Below are positions 49,849-62,300 of a stretch of 64,000 nucleotides of DNA, piece by piece (position 1 is the first letter of the stretch; every line of letters starts with the position of its first letter). The translations under genes and the position numbers were made by a program. Below the pieces are notes generated by a model, which saw nothing but the letters and a program-made list of their open reading frames with translations, had not been told where the DNA came from and made no database searches. Origin of the DNA: Tubulanus polymorphus. Taxonomy: Eukaryota; Animalia; Nemertea. Location: contig NC_134033.1 in the NCBI RefSeq assembly GCF_964204645.1, positions 13,524,655 to 13,588,654 of the forward strand, given 5' to 3'.

Positions 49849-51780
49849 ATGGCGGCTCCGGGAGATAGAAGGCAGTCAGTGATCGACGCGGTCAAACATT
49901 TGGGTTTAGACAGAAAACAATCGATTATTCCCACTGAGAAAGGGATCATATTTGAATATTCAGACGTAGCGCCGTCTCCCAGTCGCGATTTCTGCCAAAT
50001 CATTGTCTCTAAAGAAGAAGTAGGTGAATAAATAACTGAAAATCAATTCAATTTCAATAATTTATTGCCAGTGTAGAGACCTACAAAGATAATGCACAGT
50101 AGCAGAACACTTCATTTGGACGACTACTGGGGATTTCTTCTAATTAAGTAAAATCCGAATTATGAATAATATTTTACATGGTTCCAGGAAATTTGAACAA
50201 ACATTTTATGCCAACCCAATTGACTTTGTCATTTCAGTGAAAATCCGGATTTAAAAATCCAAAAAATGGCAAATAAAGCTATTTCTACTGTATGTCATCT
50301 ATTTTTGAATATCCTTGTATTTTGCCCTGTTGTTTTGCTTCAACCATTAATTTGCTGCTTATATCTGCTGATTAATTGTCTTTCATTTCTCTTGTGAAAG
50401 GTAGTGTTCCGTTGGTGGAAGATTTCATCTCGAAACGATGCTAGAGTCGCGCCTGGACAAGTACGCGAGACGCATGAAGAATTCTTAGACGATGATCGAA
50501 CTCAAAGTATGTTGTTCAATTACACGCTGATTGCTGCCCGGACCCTGCACCCCTCAAACATGCGATATGATTCCTCATAGGCCTAGTTGAAGGCTGCGCA
50601 TTGATTCCTACATAAATGTACATTCAAAGTCCGTTAAAATGCTGCCATCCATTTCAATGCCACTGTTCGCTTAACGCTAACATTTTTCCAAAAACTAAAA
50701 TTCAATGAAAATACCATTGTTTGTAACGCCAAATCCGTTATATCACCATGTTTGTCATTGGTCCCTGCAGTGACGTTATAACGGACTTTGACTGTAGTTT
50801 CAACTTCATACCAAACACTTAGGACAGTAGCAAAATTAATTTTCAGGTGAAATACATCGTGTTTTTGGTAAAGGAATGGTGGATTACGTGAAAAATCTCT
50901 GCAACGGTAAAATAGATTACATCGCTCGCCTTCCGCACAAAGTGCTCATTCATATGTTGTTACATCTCGACTTGGAGGACATTTCACGACTGGCTCAAAC
51001 CTGTAAACAGTTCAGAAAGGTGATTCAAAATGACCAAAGATATAGCGTCCGCTTTCTTAGTTTTAAAAAAGTTGCACCTTTTTCATCGAATTGTATTTCG
51101 TATTGGTTTACGTAGCTGTGTAATAGCGACGACTTGTGGGAGAGAATATATCGAACAAACAGCGAGACACCGATCACAGCAGAACTGACGTCACTCGCTG
51201 AGGAACAGGGCTGGAAAAAACTATTCTTTACTAATAAATTACAGTTACAGGTAAATCTATTATTGTGTATTGTGTACTAAGCATTAGTTTGAAAAAAAAG
51301 TAGAGGGGCTTACCATAGAAAAACAAAAGATTTATGATCCAGGGGGACTCGTTTGTCAAATTTATTAGCGCTCTTTTTTCGTATCGCCAACAAGAAAACT
51401 GAAATAATGTTGTAAGTGTATTGTTTTTCTTCATCCACAATCTAAAAAATAAGTTTGTGTCCTAGGATTATAAATCATTACTTTCAATGAATTTTCTAGG
51501 AATTATTGATACATTGTTTTCCTCTAAGTGCAATGCCTGGTTCATAAGCCTCGTATAGCCTTTTTTGAAGTGACTTGAGCTCTTCAAAATAAGCTTCTGA
51601 ATCCGCCCTTGGGTTACTATGAATGTATCCGGTCCTTTTCAACTGCTTAAGTTTATGTGGTTCTTAGTTACCTTTATTTCTTGTGATAATATATTAAGTT
51701 TCTATCACTTTTGTACGTAATTAATTCAGCGACAATTGAGAAAACGTGACAAAAAACAGCAACAAAAGATCAAGAGATAA
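49849..51780 (+). CDS. FBXO36: F-box only protein 36
   Basis: MAAPGD..FEYSDVAPSPSRDFCQIIVSKEE|VVFRWWKIS..PGQVRETHEEFLDD..|EIHRVFG..LCNGKIDYIARLPHKVLIHMLLHLDLEDISRLAQTCKQFRK (F-box)|LCNSDDLWERIY..GWKKLFFTNKLQLQ|RQLRKRDKKQQQKIKR*. Exons 49849-50019, 50401-50506, 50847-51019, 51116-51250, 51730-51780. Confidence 0.93.
50621..50794. mobile_element. TA-flanked MITE (Tc1/mariner-pogo type)
   Basis: TA|cattcaaagtccgtta ... taacggactttgactg|TA: about 16-bp TIR with a TA duplication. Confidence 0.75.
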
Positions 51781-52348
51781 TTCAACGCTGTATGTAAAGT
51801 TTTCATGGTCGAGACCAGTTTCACAAAAAAGCCATTCAACTAGAAATATGAATTTCTTGTGAACTGGGACCTCCTCCCTTGGCTTGGAAACCCAACTTTT
51901 CTCTCATTATATTCTTACTTAAATGCGTAGCGTTCTCTCCTTCACAATGCCAGCATAATATCTTCATTGCTACCCCTAACCTAGTAAAATCATTTATTGT
52001 AATTTGAAAATGAGTCTTCGTTGAAATTGATAATTTGAAACTACAGCGTTTCACATTCACTTTCGTTAAACTAGCTAACTTGTATCTCATATATCTCTAT
52101 TGCTTAAATATATCCTTGTTCTGAAGACTCCTATTAATTGACTGCTGCTTCTGATAGTTCTTTAGATATGATTAGTTAACAATGATTTTACATATATCAG
52201 TGCGAGTCTAAACCCCGATTTTTATGAAATTGAAAATTTGTTTTGAAGACGTCATCAATTACTTTGAATGAACTAAAGCTGAAATATACAATTTTTTCAC
52301 AGTATCGAATGATTGAGTTGATTTATAAATGAAGCAATATTTTTCCAG

Positions 52349-52381
52349 GTTCAACTGAGGCGAAAGAAATCAGATCATTGA
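52349..52381 (+). CDS. FBXO36: Candidate alternative terminal exon of FBXO36 (VQLRRKKSDH*)
   Basis: Good acceptor tttttccag|GTT, phase 0 matching the donor at 51250. The peptide parallels RQLRKR. Confidence 0.6.
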   Translation, partial: VQLRRKKSDH

Positions 52382-54159
52382 TGATACCTGTCCACATCCG
52401 TCCCTGGAATTCAGTGGTTCTCACTAGTATTTAGTTACCGTCCATAAATTCAGACATTGCTCTATGTAGTTTAAATCACTTCTGTTTACTATTAAACATA
52501 TTGAAAAGTGCCTTCAAATTGACTTGACTATTAATTGTATAAAGATGTGGGGCATGAATAGATTTTTAGATGATTATTTTTAAGCGGATAAAACTCAATG
52601 GTTGTGCACTGTCGAATACGCATGTGTTAAAATTGTCAAACAGAATATGTTATTTAGCTCTGATTTGAAACTGCTAAATACGTGTTCAATCAAACTGTTC
52701 CTCCTGAATACTGATACTTAGGTTAATCTTATATACTTCATAAGTGCCACTGCACGTAATGATTTTTCGTGTCAGTTTTGGCGATGTCTGAAATCTCCAA
52801 TGCGTGTGTTAGTAATGTGCTCAGAGTATAACACGTAGATATTTTTAAGCGGAAAACAATAACATACGGGACGAATATTAAACATAGCTTTCAGAAAACT
52901 GTCTCAGACTTAACATCGAAAATTGAATGATTATTAGTGCTAGATCTAAAAGGCTAAAATAATAAGGTCGTGATTTGGAACAAGCCGAGACCAAGGTAGA
53001 ATGCGAAAGAATATTCTCAATACGTGTGGGTATATGTATTGTGAACAATAATATACTAGATGTTGATATTATGCCCGATATAATGCATAGATTTCGTACA
53101 CATGTAAGAAATAATAATACGTCTTGTGTAGGAATTTGACCTGTAGCGCAAAATAAACAACTTGAAAACCGGTACCGCTAATGACTATTCATTGTGCATA
53201 TTTAAATACATTTACTGTCAGTGAGATATAACTAAATGACTTAAAGAAAAATTTTGAAGTTCGCAAACAAGCTAGAAGAGCATGTCATTGCCTCATATTT
53301 ACACTATGGGTAGGTCACTCTTGTATGCTTTGTCAAGTGACATGACTGGCTACACGTCTGGATGCATTAAAAAAATGAATAGATTATATATAATTAGAAT
53401 ATATAAAGTATGAAAATAATTTCGTATTATAATTATTTAAAAAAAATATTTTGTTAAAATGTTGTATCGCCGTGTGTTTAGATAAGATGTTATGGAAATA
53501 ATTCTCATTATTTACAAATATTTATGATTATTAAAAAATTTTATAAAGAGAAACTCCGGAGTCCTGTTTTGTTCGGTTCTTTCGGTTATTTTTGGTTGTT
53601 TGGAAATCATGAACGCACAGATCATTACGTATTCGGAAAATTTGAAAGTGATTTTGAGTGACCGCACTAATGACGTACGGTACGTGAATTGAGTCCGGTG
53701 AGGACGCCCGGTTTATGCCTTCAGCAATAAAGTAAATTCGATTTGATTTGTCTCGGAATTCCTACTTAGGAAATCGAGTTAACACCCACCTGCCGCAGTC
53801 CGTCTCTCACAGCAACTAACAGAATTCGAGCTGAACCGACGAATACAAATATCCTACGATTTTGGGACAATTACCACAGTTCGACATAGTTAAATGTATA
53901 TATGCAAGCCTAATATTAATAAATTTAAAAGCCAAATCGGTCGGAATGCAGGTGTTTAAATCGATACGTTTCGGGCTTTCACTATAACACGCTCGCATCG
54001 GACGCTGAGGTGTCGTGTCGAACAGGAGAACTGTCAAAGCTTCGTTAAATGTCATCCAGTCATGTCATTATCCATCATCACTCGTGGTTTCAACTCGGCG
54101 ACAACTGAGCAATTCTTTCCCCTAGACGATGTCGACAGTAACCCATTTCATTAGCAGAC

Positions 54160-57115
54160 ATGTCATCAAATGACCCGAAACTGGTGTCGAAGTGGGGTCG
54201 AGCTAGTGGTGGTGGGGGAGGGGTAATTATTGACGGAGAACATGTGGATAAAATAACGCATTCTCAAGATGACAGTTCGGAATCCGACGGAGAAACAGAA
54301 CCAGCCAAGTCGTTTCATCGACGCATATCAACGAATAAAGACCTGAAGACAGCGGTAAGAATCTTTGTGGTACCTTCGTCTCTCAAATGCTGTCTTGCTA
54401 CGCATATCGATAATCTATTTCATCTCCAAATACATGCATGGTGGTAGCACATGATTTAGCAGGTTAACTAACTGGTACCCTATTGCGATCAAGCTTGTTC
54501 CTACATTTTGACAAGCTATTCACTTCGCCTACTAAACTTGAAGGAAGTGGTTATTCAGTCCGATCCGGTTACCAACTTATAAAATATATTTGGCGGATCC
54601 ATATTATGTAACAATAAAATCATTATATTGGGTTTAGGGTTAGGGTTTTGATAGGGTTAGTGTCAAGAGGGTGAGAAGAGGGTCCAGGGTTCTGTTTCAC
54701 AACTAGGGATAGGGTTAGGGTAAGGTGACGCTATATGAAGTTAAAACATTCGGGTGGTTTTCAGGTGGTTTTGATAGGTCGGTGGTCTAGTGGGACGATG
54801 CTGCGCTAGTAATTTACTGACTCAGTTTGAGTCTCGCTCTATCCGCTCTATTTTCTCAAACTCTGTTCTCCACACTTCCTTTGAAGTCGCGCACCTCTCT
54901 GCGCATGGGCGGAGTAAATCAGCCAATTAGAGACGATATTCGGCAAAATATCCTTCAGAAGTCGGTGACCGGATGCGGCAAAATAACCACTTCCAAACTT
55001 AAAAAACTTCATTTTCCCTGTTTGATTTTTTGGAGCGAGGTTTCTTGTTTGACATCATCATAGCAAAAACATTCATCTGTCCTTTTACATACGACATCCT
55101 CAAACATAATTTTGCTTTCTGGAGTAATAACCCTTTTTCTTGTACGCCTAGTGGTTTAACATACATGTAGTATTTTATTATCTCTATTAATACAAGCTAG
55201 ATGCTGCATAGGCGAAATGTCGAGAAACTCAAACTATTAACACGTCAATATAAGTTAAGAGTATCGTATCGTAGTGTAATTAAAGGTGTGTTCACACTAC
55301 ATTAGGCCCTATTTAGTCAGGATTTAGTCTAGATTTGGCCTGGTTAATTTGGACTGGCAAAAGACGGCCTATTCCATATTAGTCCGTTCCATTTAGATCA
55401 GTGCTATTTGGACTGACCTAGAAGACCGAACCAGATCCATTCTGAATTTTTGGAACTGATTAATTCTCTGTGTGTGTGTGTATAGAATCTGATTCCAGAT
55501 CGCTCTATATTGCCTGAAAAATAATGTAGGCTATAGGCTAAAAGAATGTATATGTCTTAAAATCTATCTATTGCATGTTGCTCGAGGATTTACAGCTCGT
55601 TTTATTATTTTGAAAATATCCTAGAATTTAGATTGATGTGTCCAGATATAATGATTAACTGTAATCATCTAAATTTTTGAAATGAAAAATATCCAGAAAC
55701 TCATAAATCTAACATTTAGATATAAATCTAGGGTTGAAAGAGGCCTACTCATGGCGACATCTTGCAGAGCAAGTCAGGTAGCCAATTCAGCAACCTCTGA
55801 TTTGGTCCATTCCAGGTACGGGACCCATTTGTACCGGTGTATCTAGTGGTAGTGTGAACGCGGCTATATACAGGAGCCTAGTTGACCATATTTAGGTACA
55901 TTAAGACTTAAAGGGTACGAGATTGACAAGTTTGAAATGACTGTTAATCATTTTAATGTATTTTAATTATCGTCCTGAATCTGGTGTTAAGCATTGATAA
56001 TGAGATGAGTCCGCGAATACTAACCCGCAGTCTACACTAACTCTGAATAGACCTAATATCGGACGGCCACCGATAACCTATGTTTTAAAACAATATCAGA
56101 ATGTTAGAGTTCAGAGATTCCCAGGCGATTATTGCGATGGATGGTACAAATCTTTGAATATTCCTAGCTGTGATTACTGCCTGTATAGAACGTGCATGTA
56201 TTATGGAATTGATTATGAATGTTTCTTGTCACAGCAGTTGTTGATCAAATTGATTAAAACAGTCAAAGACAGGCCTCTGTTCCCTCCTAATCCGCGTTAC
56301 AGCCTGAAGGTGTGTTGGCTCTCTTAGTATAGGCCTATATGAACCTAGTGTGGATTAGCAGTAGTGTATCTGAGAGGTTCTACTACCTGAGTCACTGAGG
56401 ATGGATTAGAGAAATTCAGTATTTACCACTGAATCCATTTAGTTTAGAAATTCTACCTGTCAACTGGCTATAATACCGTCGAATGAGGTGAAGTAGCTTA
56501 ACTGTACTCAGTTCCACAGTTGTGAGTTAGAGTTAACTCTGAGTTAAAATTAGTTCATTTTCAATGAGTTAACTCATTTTAAGTTCTAAGGTTTTAAATT
56601 GACTGATGGGTTTAATTTGGCTACCCGGGTTAAAGTTGGCTTCCCGGGCTTAAGTTGACCATCCAGGGTAAACTTGGCTGTCCAGACGAAAGTTGGCTGA
56701 CCGGACTAATGTTGGCTGGCTACGCAGGGTTAAGTTGGCTACCCGGAGTCAAGTTCAGGAAATATGTTCGATAATGTGAATATTGTTCGGGGGTTCGACC
56801 TGACATTGAAATGCTTGTTGGATCGGGTTTCATCTGAGACATACTCGCTATGAGACGGAGCCCCCGGAGGTGCCACTGTCCCCGAGGTGTTCAGATAATA
56901 ATCAGCTGAAATACAGTCGATGCAGATCATCGAATTCATCAGATACGATTGTTTCGCCGATATATATATATAACGATATTGTTTGATTCGTCGTCGTATC
57001 TCGCGCGTGTCTCGTTGCTCGGGCGTACAGATTGAGAGAATGTCTCAAAAACTCGCGGAGAAGTTACCATGGCGACTTATCCTCCTCAACATTATATTGT
57101 TATGAATGCTAAGGG

Positions 57116-57153
<38 letters not shown>

Positions 57154-59344
57154 CTGAGGAAAATCAATAGTCTCTGTGTTGTGTTGTGTTATTGTTATTT
57201 GTTGTTTCTTGGATGATAAAAATTCGAAAAATGAAACTTCCCGATAGTTTATATGCTTGGCAGTGTCTGGTTGCCGATCTGTGACGCTGCTGCTGCTGTT
57301 GCTGTTGCTGCTGACTCATGATCTCATATATAGACGACGTTGTGGCTTATTGTCATTTGGGACTCGTTTGATAATGAAATATTTAGCCGAAACACCGTTG
57401 TTTCCTAGATATCTCGCCACGACGTCCCATTACTTCACATCTGCCTACGACGACTGTTTGCTAATATTTCACACACATTGTGAACTAGGAATCTACAAAA
57501 ACTTCCGTATTTGAGTGTGTGATATTTGGCGCAAGTGTGATACAGTGCTAGAAAATTGGCCACTTTCCTTTCTAAGCTGAAAAGGGGAGAGAGAGATAAA
57601 TGATTGTACACTAACCCTGAAAATTGGCAAGATTTTTTTAAATAAATTTACTTTATGTAAAATCCCACGATATGAAAAGAAAAACAAATTTTAAAATGTT
57701 TCCTTGTCCTAATAGGACAGAGGCACATCTAGGAAGGGGTGCCTGCCCCAAAATAGGGCAGATCATACAATTAAACGAAAGAAAGTTTGTGGGAAAAATT
57801 TAACTAATTTTTAAGAATACAGAGAATTGGCTTATGAATTTAACATTTCAATGGATCCCCATGGATCCGCCTTTTCTTTTTGTTTCGTGGGATTTCTTAC
57901 ACTGTATATACGTACTGTCCTTTCAACACGGATACCAACACGGATACAGTGCTTCCAATTATCGACTTCAATTTATCCTAGGGCTGATTTAATGGACCGA
58001 GTGTTAATTTTTGATAATGTGAGGTTCGCTTAATCGAAAATCGATATATCGTTAAACCCGTAGGGTTTAGGTAGAATGCGTCTGTAGAACCGAACTCGAT
58101 TGGTTGAAATCGGACTCCGAGGGTTGAAACATTTCAAATGAGCTAATGAGCTAACTCTCAGGATCCCTACGACTCCTTGATTCCTTATAAACTCCTTCTA
58201 AATGGAAAATGCTTTTAAAGGTGCTCGAAACCCCTTTAATTTGAGCAAAATGCCAGAAACTCCCTCAATTTTGAGAAAAAGGCAATTAGAAATTTTTGTC
58301 TTATTTGTAGTTTGCACCTAAATTGATACAGTCAGCCAGCTCCGGCATTTGTGTTAACCCAATTAGGCGGTTACTACAGGGATAAATATTTGCTTACAAA
58401 ACCACTGAATTACTGGTTTATCGAGATAAAAGGTACTACTGATTTAGGAGGAGTCCCTACTGTGATTGTGATGCAAACACTTCCTCCTCAAAATTTGACA
58501 TTTTCTCCTCGAAATATCCTTATATCCAGGAATGACTGATCTGTAGGGACCCTGACTGAAGTCATAACTGTGTAACTGTGTGGGCCTAAGGCTATCATGG
58601 TATTCGTCATAGTTATAAGTTCTATTCTAAACGCAATGCCGTCGTAGTTTTCCCTTCTATCTCGTCTGATGATAGGCCTAATTTCGACGACGACGACGAC
58701 CGCGTTACCGACGGCGACGCGTAGCCGCAGGTAGATATGGGTGGTGCTGTGTTTACTATATAACAATGCGACTAGATCGTGTTACAAACAAACCCCGCGA
58801 GCGCGCTCTCTCGCGTCGCGTCAGAGTGTTCTCAGATAGATTTATGGTCGATATATAAATAGTAGATACAGATTGGATCGGCGTTAAATCGATTTTCATT
58901 ACTCGATCAAATATTTGTGACATTATGGAACATGGGTGTAACTGGAGTAGACCGATGACACGATGCGTACTGACTCAATCCTCCTGACTTCAACACACGT
59001 ATTTTGCCCGTTTTGCGGATGGGGGCGGATAGCGGAGTTCTTTATTACGTACCGGTGCGCATCCAAATCGGCCGCTTCTCCCGATGAATGTAACGTAATA
59101 ACCTAGAACTTGTTCATCGCGGGGAAGTTGAAAATCGGCATCATTTTGAGTTGGTGTTTAAATTCATTTCAATATCTATTGGTCACCTTCGTCATTAAAA
59201 ACAATGCTACGGTTCATGTTTGTGGATGACATGAAGTTTTAGTCTACGGTACAAATAATTTAATGAAATATAATCCAAGCCGCGCCACTGTGATTATTAT
59301 TAAAATGTTTATCACCCGTTGACAAATTTAGTTTAGGTTCATAA

Positions 59345-59378
<34 letters not shown>

Positions 59379-62300
59379 GATTTGATCGACTCGCACAGAC
59401 CGGTTTAGATGATATTGATCTCGTTTAAATCGTCATGCAATTGAGAGGGAACATCTATAATTGTCTCTCCCTCTCTCCCCCTCTCTCTCCCCTCTCTCTC
59501 CCTTTCTCCCTCTATCTCCCTCTCCTCTCTCCCCCTCGCTCTCCCTCGCTCTCCCTCTCTCTCCCTCGCTCTCCCTCTCTCTTCTCTCTCACACCTCTCT
59601 CCCTCCTCTTCACCTCTCCCCCTCTCTCCCCCTCTCCCTCTCTCTTCTCTCTCCCTCTCTCCCTCTCATGACTTTGTTTTTAAGAATTTTTGTCGTATCA
59701 GTTCATGTTGAGACACCTCAGTGATGCGATCACGTGTTGAGTAGTTTATTGCCGCCGCTGATGATGATGAGGGAAGATGAAAATGTAACCGATGACGACG
59801 ACAGGCGCGCGCGTTATCGCCAGATTTTCGATATATCATTTAAGTTGTGATTATGTTTGTCAGGTAAATCCCGAAAGTGTCGTCAGCATCCGTACATCTT
59901 TGATCCGGCCGTTGCTTACGACAGTCTCTCTCCCTCTCTCTCATCTCTCCCTCTCTCTCCTCTCTCCCTCCATCCCTCTCCTCTCCTTCCCCTTGCTCCT
60001 TTCCCTCACTATTTCCCTGATTCCCTCTACCCCTTCTCCCTATCTCTCCCCCTCAACTTCTCCCTCTCATCTCTTCCCTCTCTCCACTACCTCCCTCTCT
60101 TCCTCTCTCTCATCTCTCCCTCCATCCCTCTCCCCCTTCCCCTTGCTCCTTTCCCTCACTATTTCCCTGACTCCCTCTATCCCCTTTCCCTCTCCCCCTC
60201 TACTTCACCCTCTCTTCTCTCTTTCTCTTCCCTCTCCTCTCTCTCCTCTCTCTGTCATCTGTGTCGGTGCTGTGCAGGTTGAGATGACGACGCACACGGA
60301 CGGTATACACACAGGCACATAATCAATACATCCATTAACATCGACAGCTTACTTACGTACGATCTAATGTTTTAGTCGATGCGTCATTAGCTATAGTCAA
60401 TAAATAGCAGTTCTTCGAAGTTGTTTAAAGCGTTTTCGATCAATTTTCGTGTCATATTTTAATGACAGAATTTCCGCTATTTTGTTCCACTCGTAGTCAC
60501 AAAATACACGCAAATAGAAAAATTCTATTTCCGTTTAAAAAAAAAATCTGATCCCTGTTCAAGTGAAGATGTGAGAGGCGGTCGTTGCAGACACTGAGAT
60601 ACCCGCGTTTAACCCGCGTTTAACCCGCGTTTAACCCGCATTAAACCCGCGTACACTTTGGGAGAACTAGGTTCCCGCACTGAGTTTAACGAGAGACTGG
60701 TCCCCTACCACTCCTTGATTCCTAAAAAAAAACTCCTTTGAAACGGAAAACGCTTCTAAAGGCACTTGAAACCCTTTTAACTTGAGCAAAATGTCAGAGA
60801 CTCCTTTAAAACTCCTTAGATTTTGAGAAATAGGCAATTAGAAATTGTTGTCCATCTAACTACGCCTAGTTCGGTACAGTTGGGATTTGTTTTTACCCTA
60901 TTAGGCGGTTACCGAAACTAAGTTTAGGTAGTATAAAGGATAGAAATTTGCTTACGTGCAAAACCACTTAATGTGATAAACAGTACCGGTTTAGGAGCCT
61001 ACCGTGATTGACATACTGAATTTATGAGAAAAATTCAATTGATTTAAGAGTTAATCTGAGAGTTTGCGGAAACTGAATGTTAAATTGCGATATAATGTTT
61101 TTTAAAGTTTAATGATGGTGACGTTTTATTGTTTTGATGATTTCTTTTTTCAGCGATGCATGAAAGAAGGCTACCTCGCAAAACAAACCAATTCATTTCA
61201 GGTGAGATTTCAGTTGTTCTTCTGTTGTCTGTTGTCGCCTGGAGGTCGTAATGTTCAACATTTCTCCTTACACTTGTGTCTCGTTAAGTAAATTACCACT
61301 TCACTAGACTGTATTTTTGAGGACATTTTCTTCATTATGAGTTTGATTATGGAGTTGAAATAGTTGCGGAGGTGGGAAAAATTTCTGAAAAAAGGTTACT
61401 AATTAAGGGAGTTGAATTTGAAGAGAAAAAATAAAAACTGCTTCATTTTGGAGGTCGTTTTGGATGATGATATGAAATAGGAAATATTGTCTATTTACCG
61501 CCTACACTCTGAACTGAGGCCGCCATTTTTACAAGAGAGAGGCGCAGTGGTCGAGTGGGTTAAGCCGCCGGTCACTAGTCTCGTCAATCAAGGGTTTATG
61601 GGTTCAAACCCTGGTGGCGACAGAGTTTCTTGGTCGAAGGTTCTTCTCTGGTCTCTCCCCCCATTGGGAAAAAGAAACATCGAACCCGCTTATAATGCCC
61701 TGTGTGGCACTTAGCGGGTTGAGGGTGTTAAAAAAAAAAATTTTTACAAGTCAAGCAATTTACTGAATGAACCCGACATAGTGCAGGAGCTGCAGCTCTC
61801 AGCAAAATTTCTATTTACTATAAATATAACGAGATACGCAACAAAATAATCGTGGAAAGGTAGATAATAAATTCATTCTTCTTCCAACAGCATCAATAGA
61901 CACACGCGTAAACATATTTTCATTGTTTTTTTTTTTTTGTAGCGATGGAGAAGACGATATTTCAAGCTCAAACCCAGAAAACTTTACTATGCAAAAGATA
62001 CTATGGTACGTCGTGTCCGGTGTTCGGCGGTTTATCTTTTCGAATAGTTTTTCATACTTCGTGTTGAAGTGATATCACACTAGGATTTCAGTACGATACT
62101 AAGCGTTCACACTAGGATATTATTCGTGGCTTATTCAGTTCCGTACTAAAAACTGCCGAAAAACCCGATCTCAGTACGGCACTGAGCTGGCTGCGTATTT
62201 TCTGTAGGGTGAACGTAGATTCGACGCTTAGCTAGCCGCATATTTACATCCTTAAACACTTAGCACTAATTACACTCCCCTCTATCGGCACACTGGGTGA

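Noticed and set aside
53685-53712. gagtccggtgaggacg resembling the textbook hammerhead stem II
   Set aside because: Lacks both the CUGANGA and GAAA core elements.
59435-60322. L/S/P-rich ORFs
   Set aside because: Translations of CT tracts in a DGK intron.
61541-61620. tRNA gene
   Set aside because: A and B boxes are present but there is no convincing cloverleaf or acceptor stem. It is followed by a body, A-tail and TSD, so it is a SINE.
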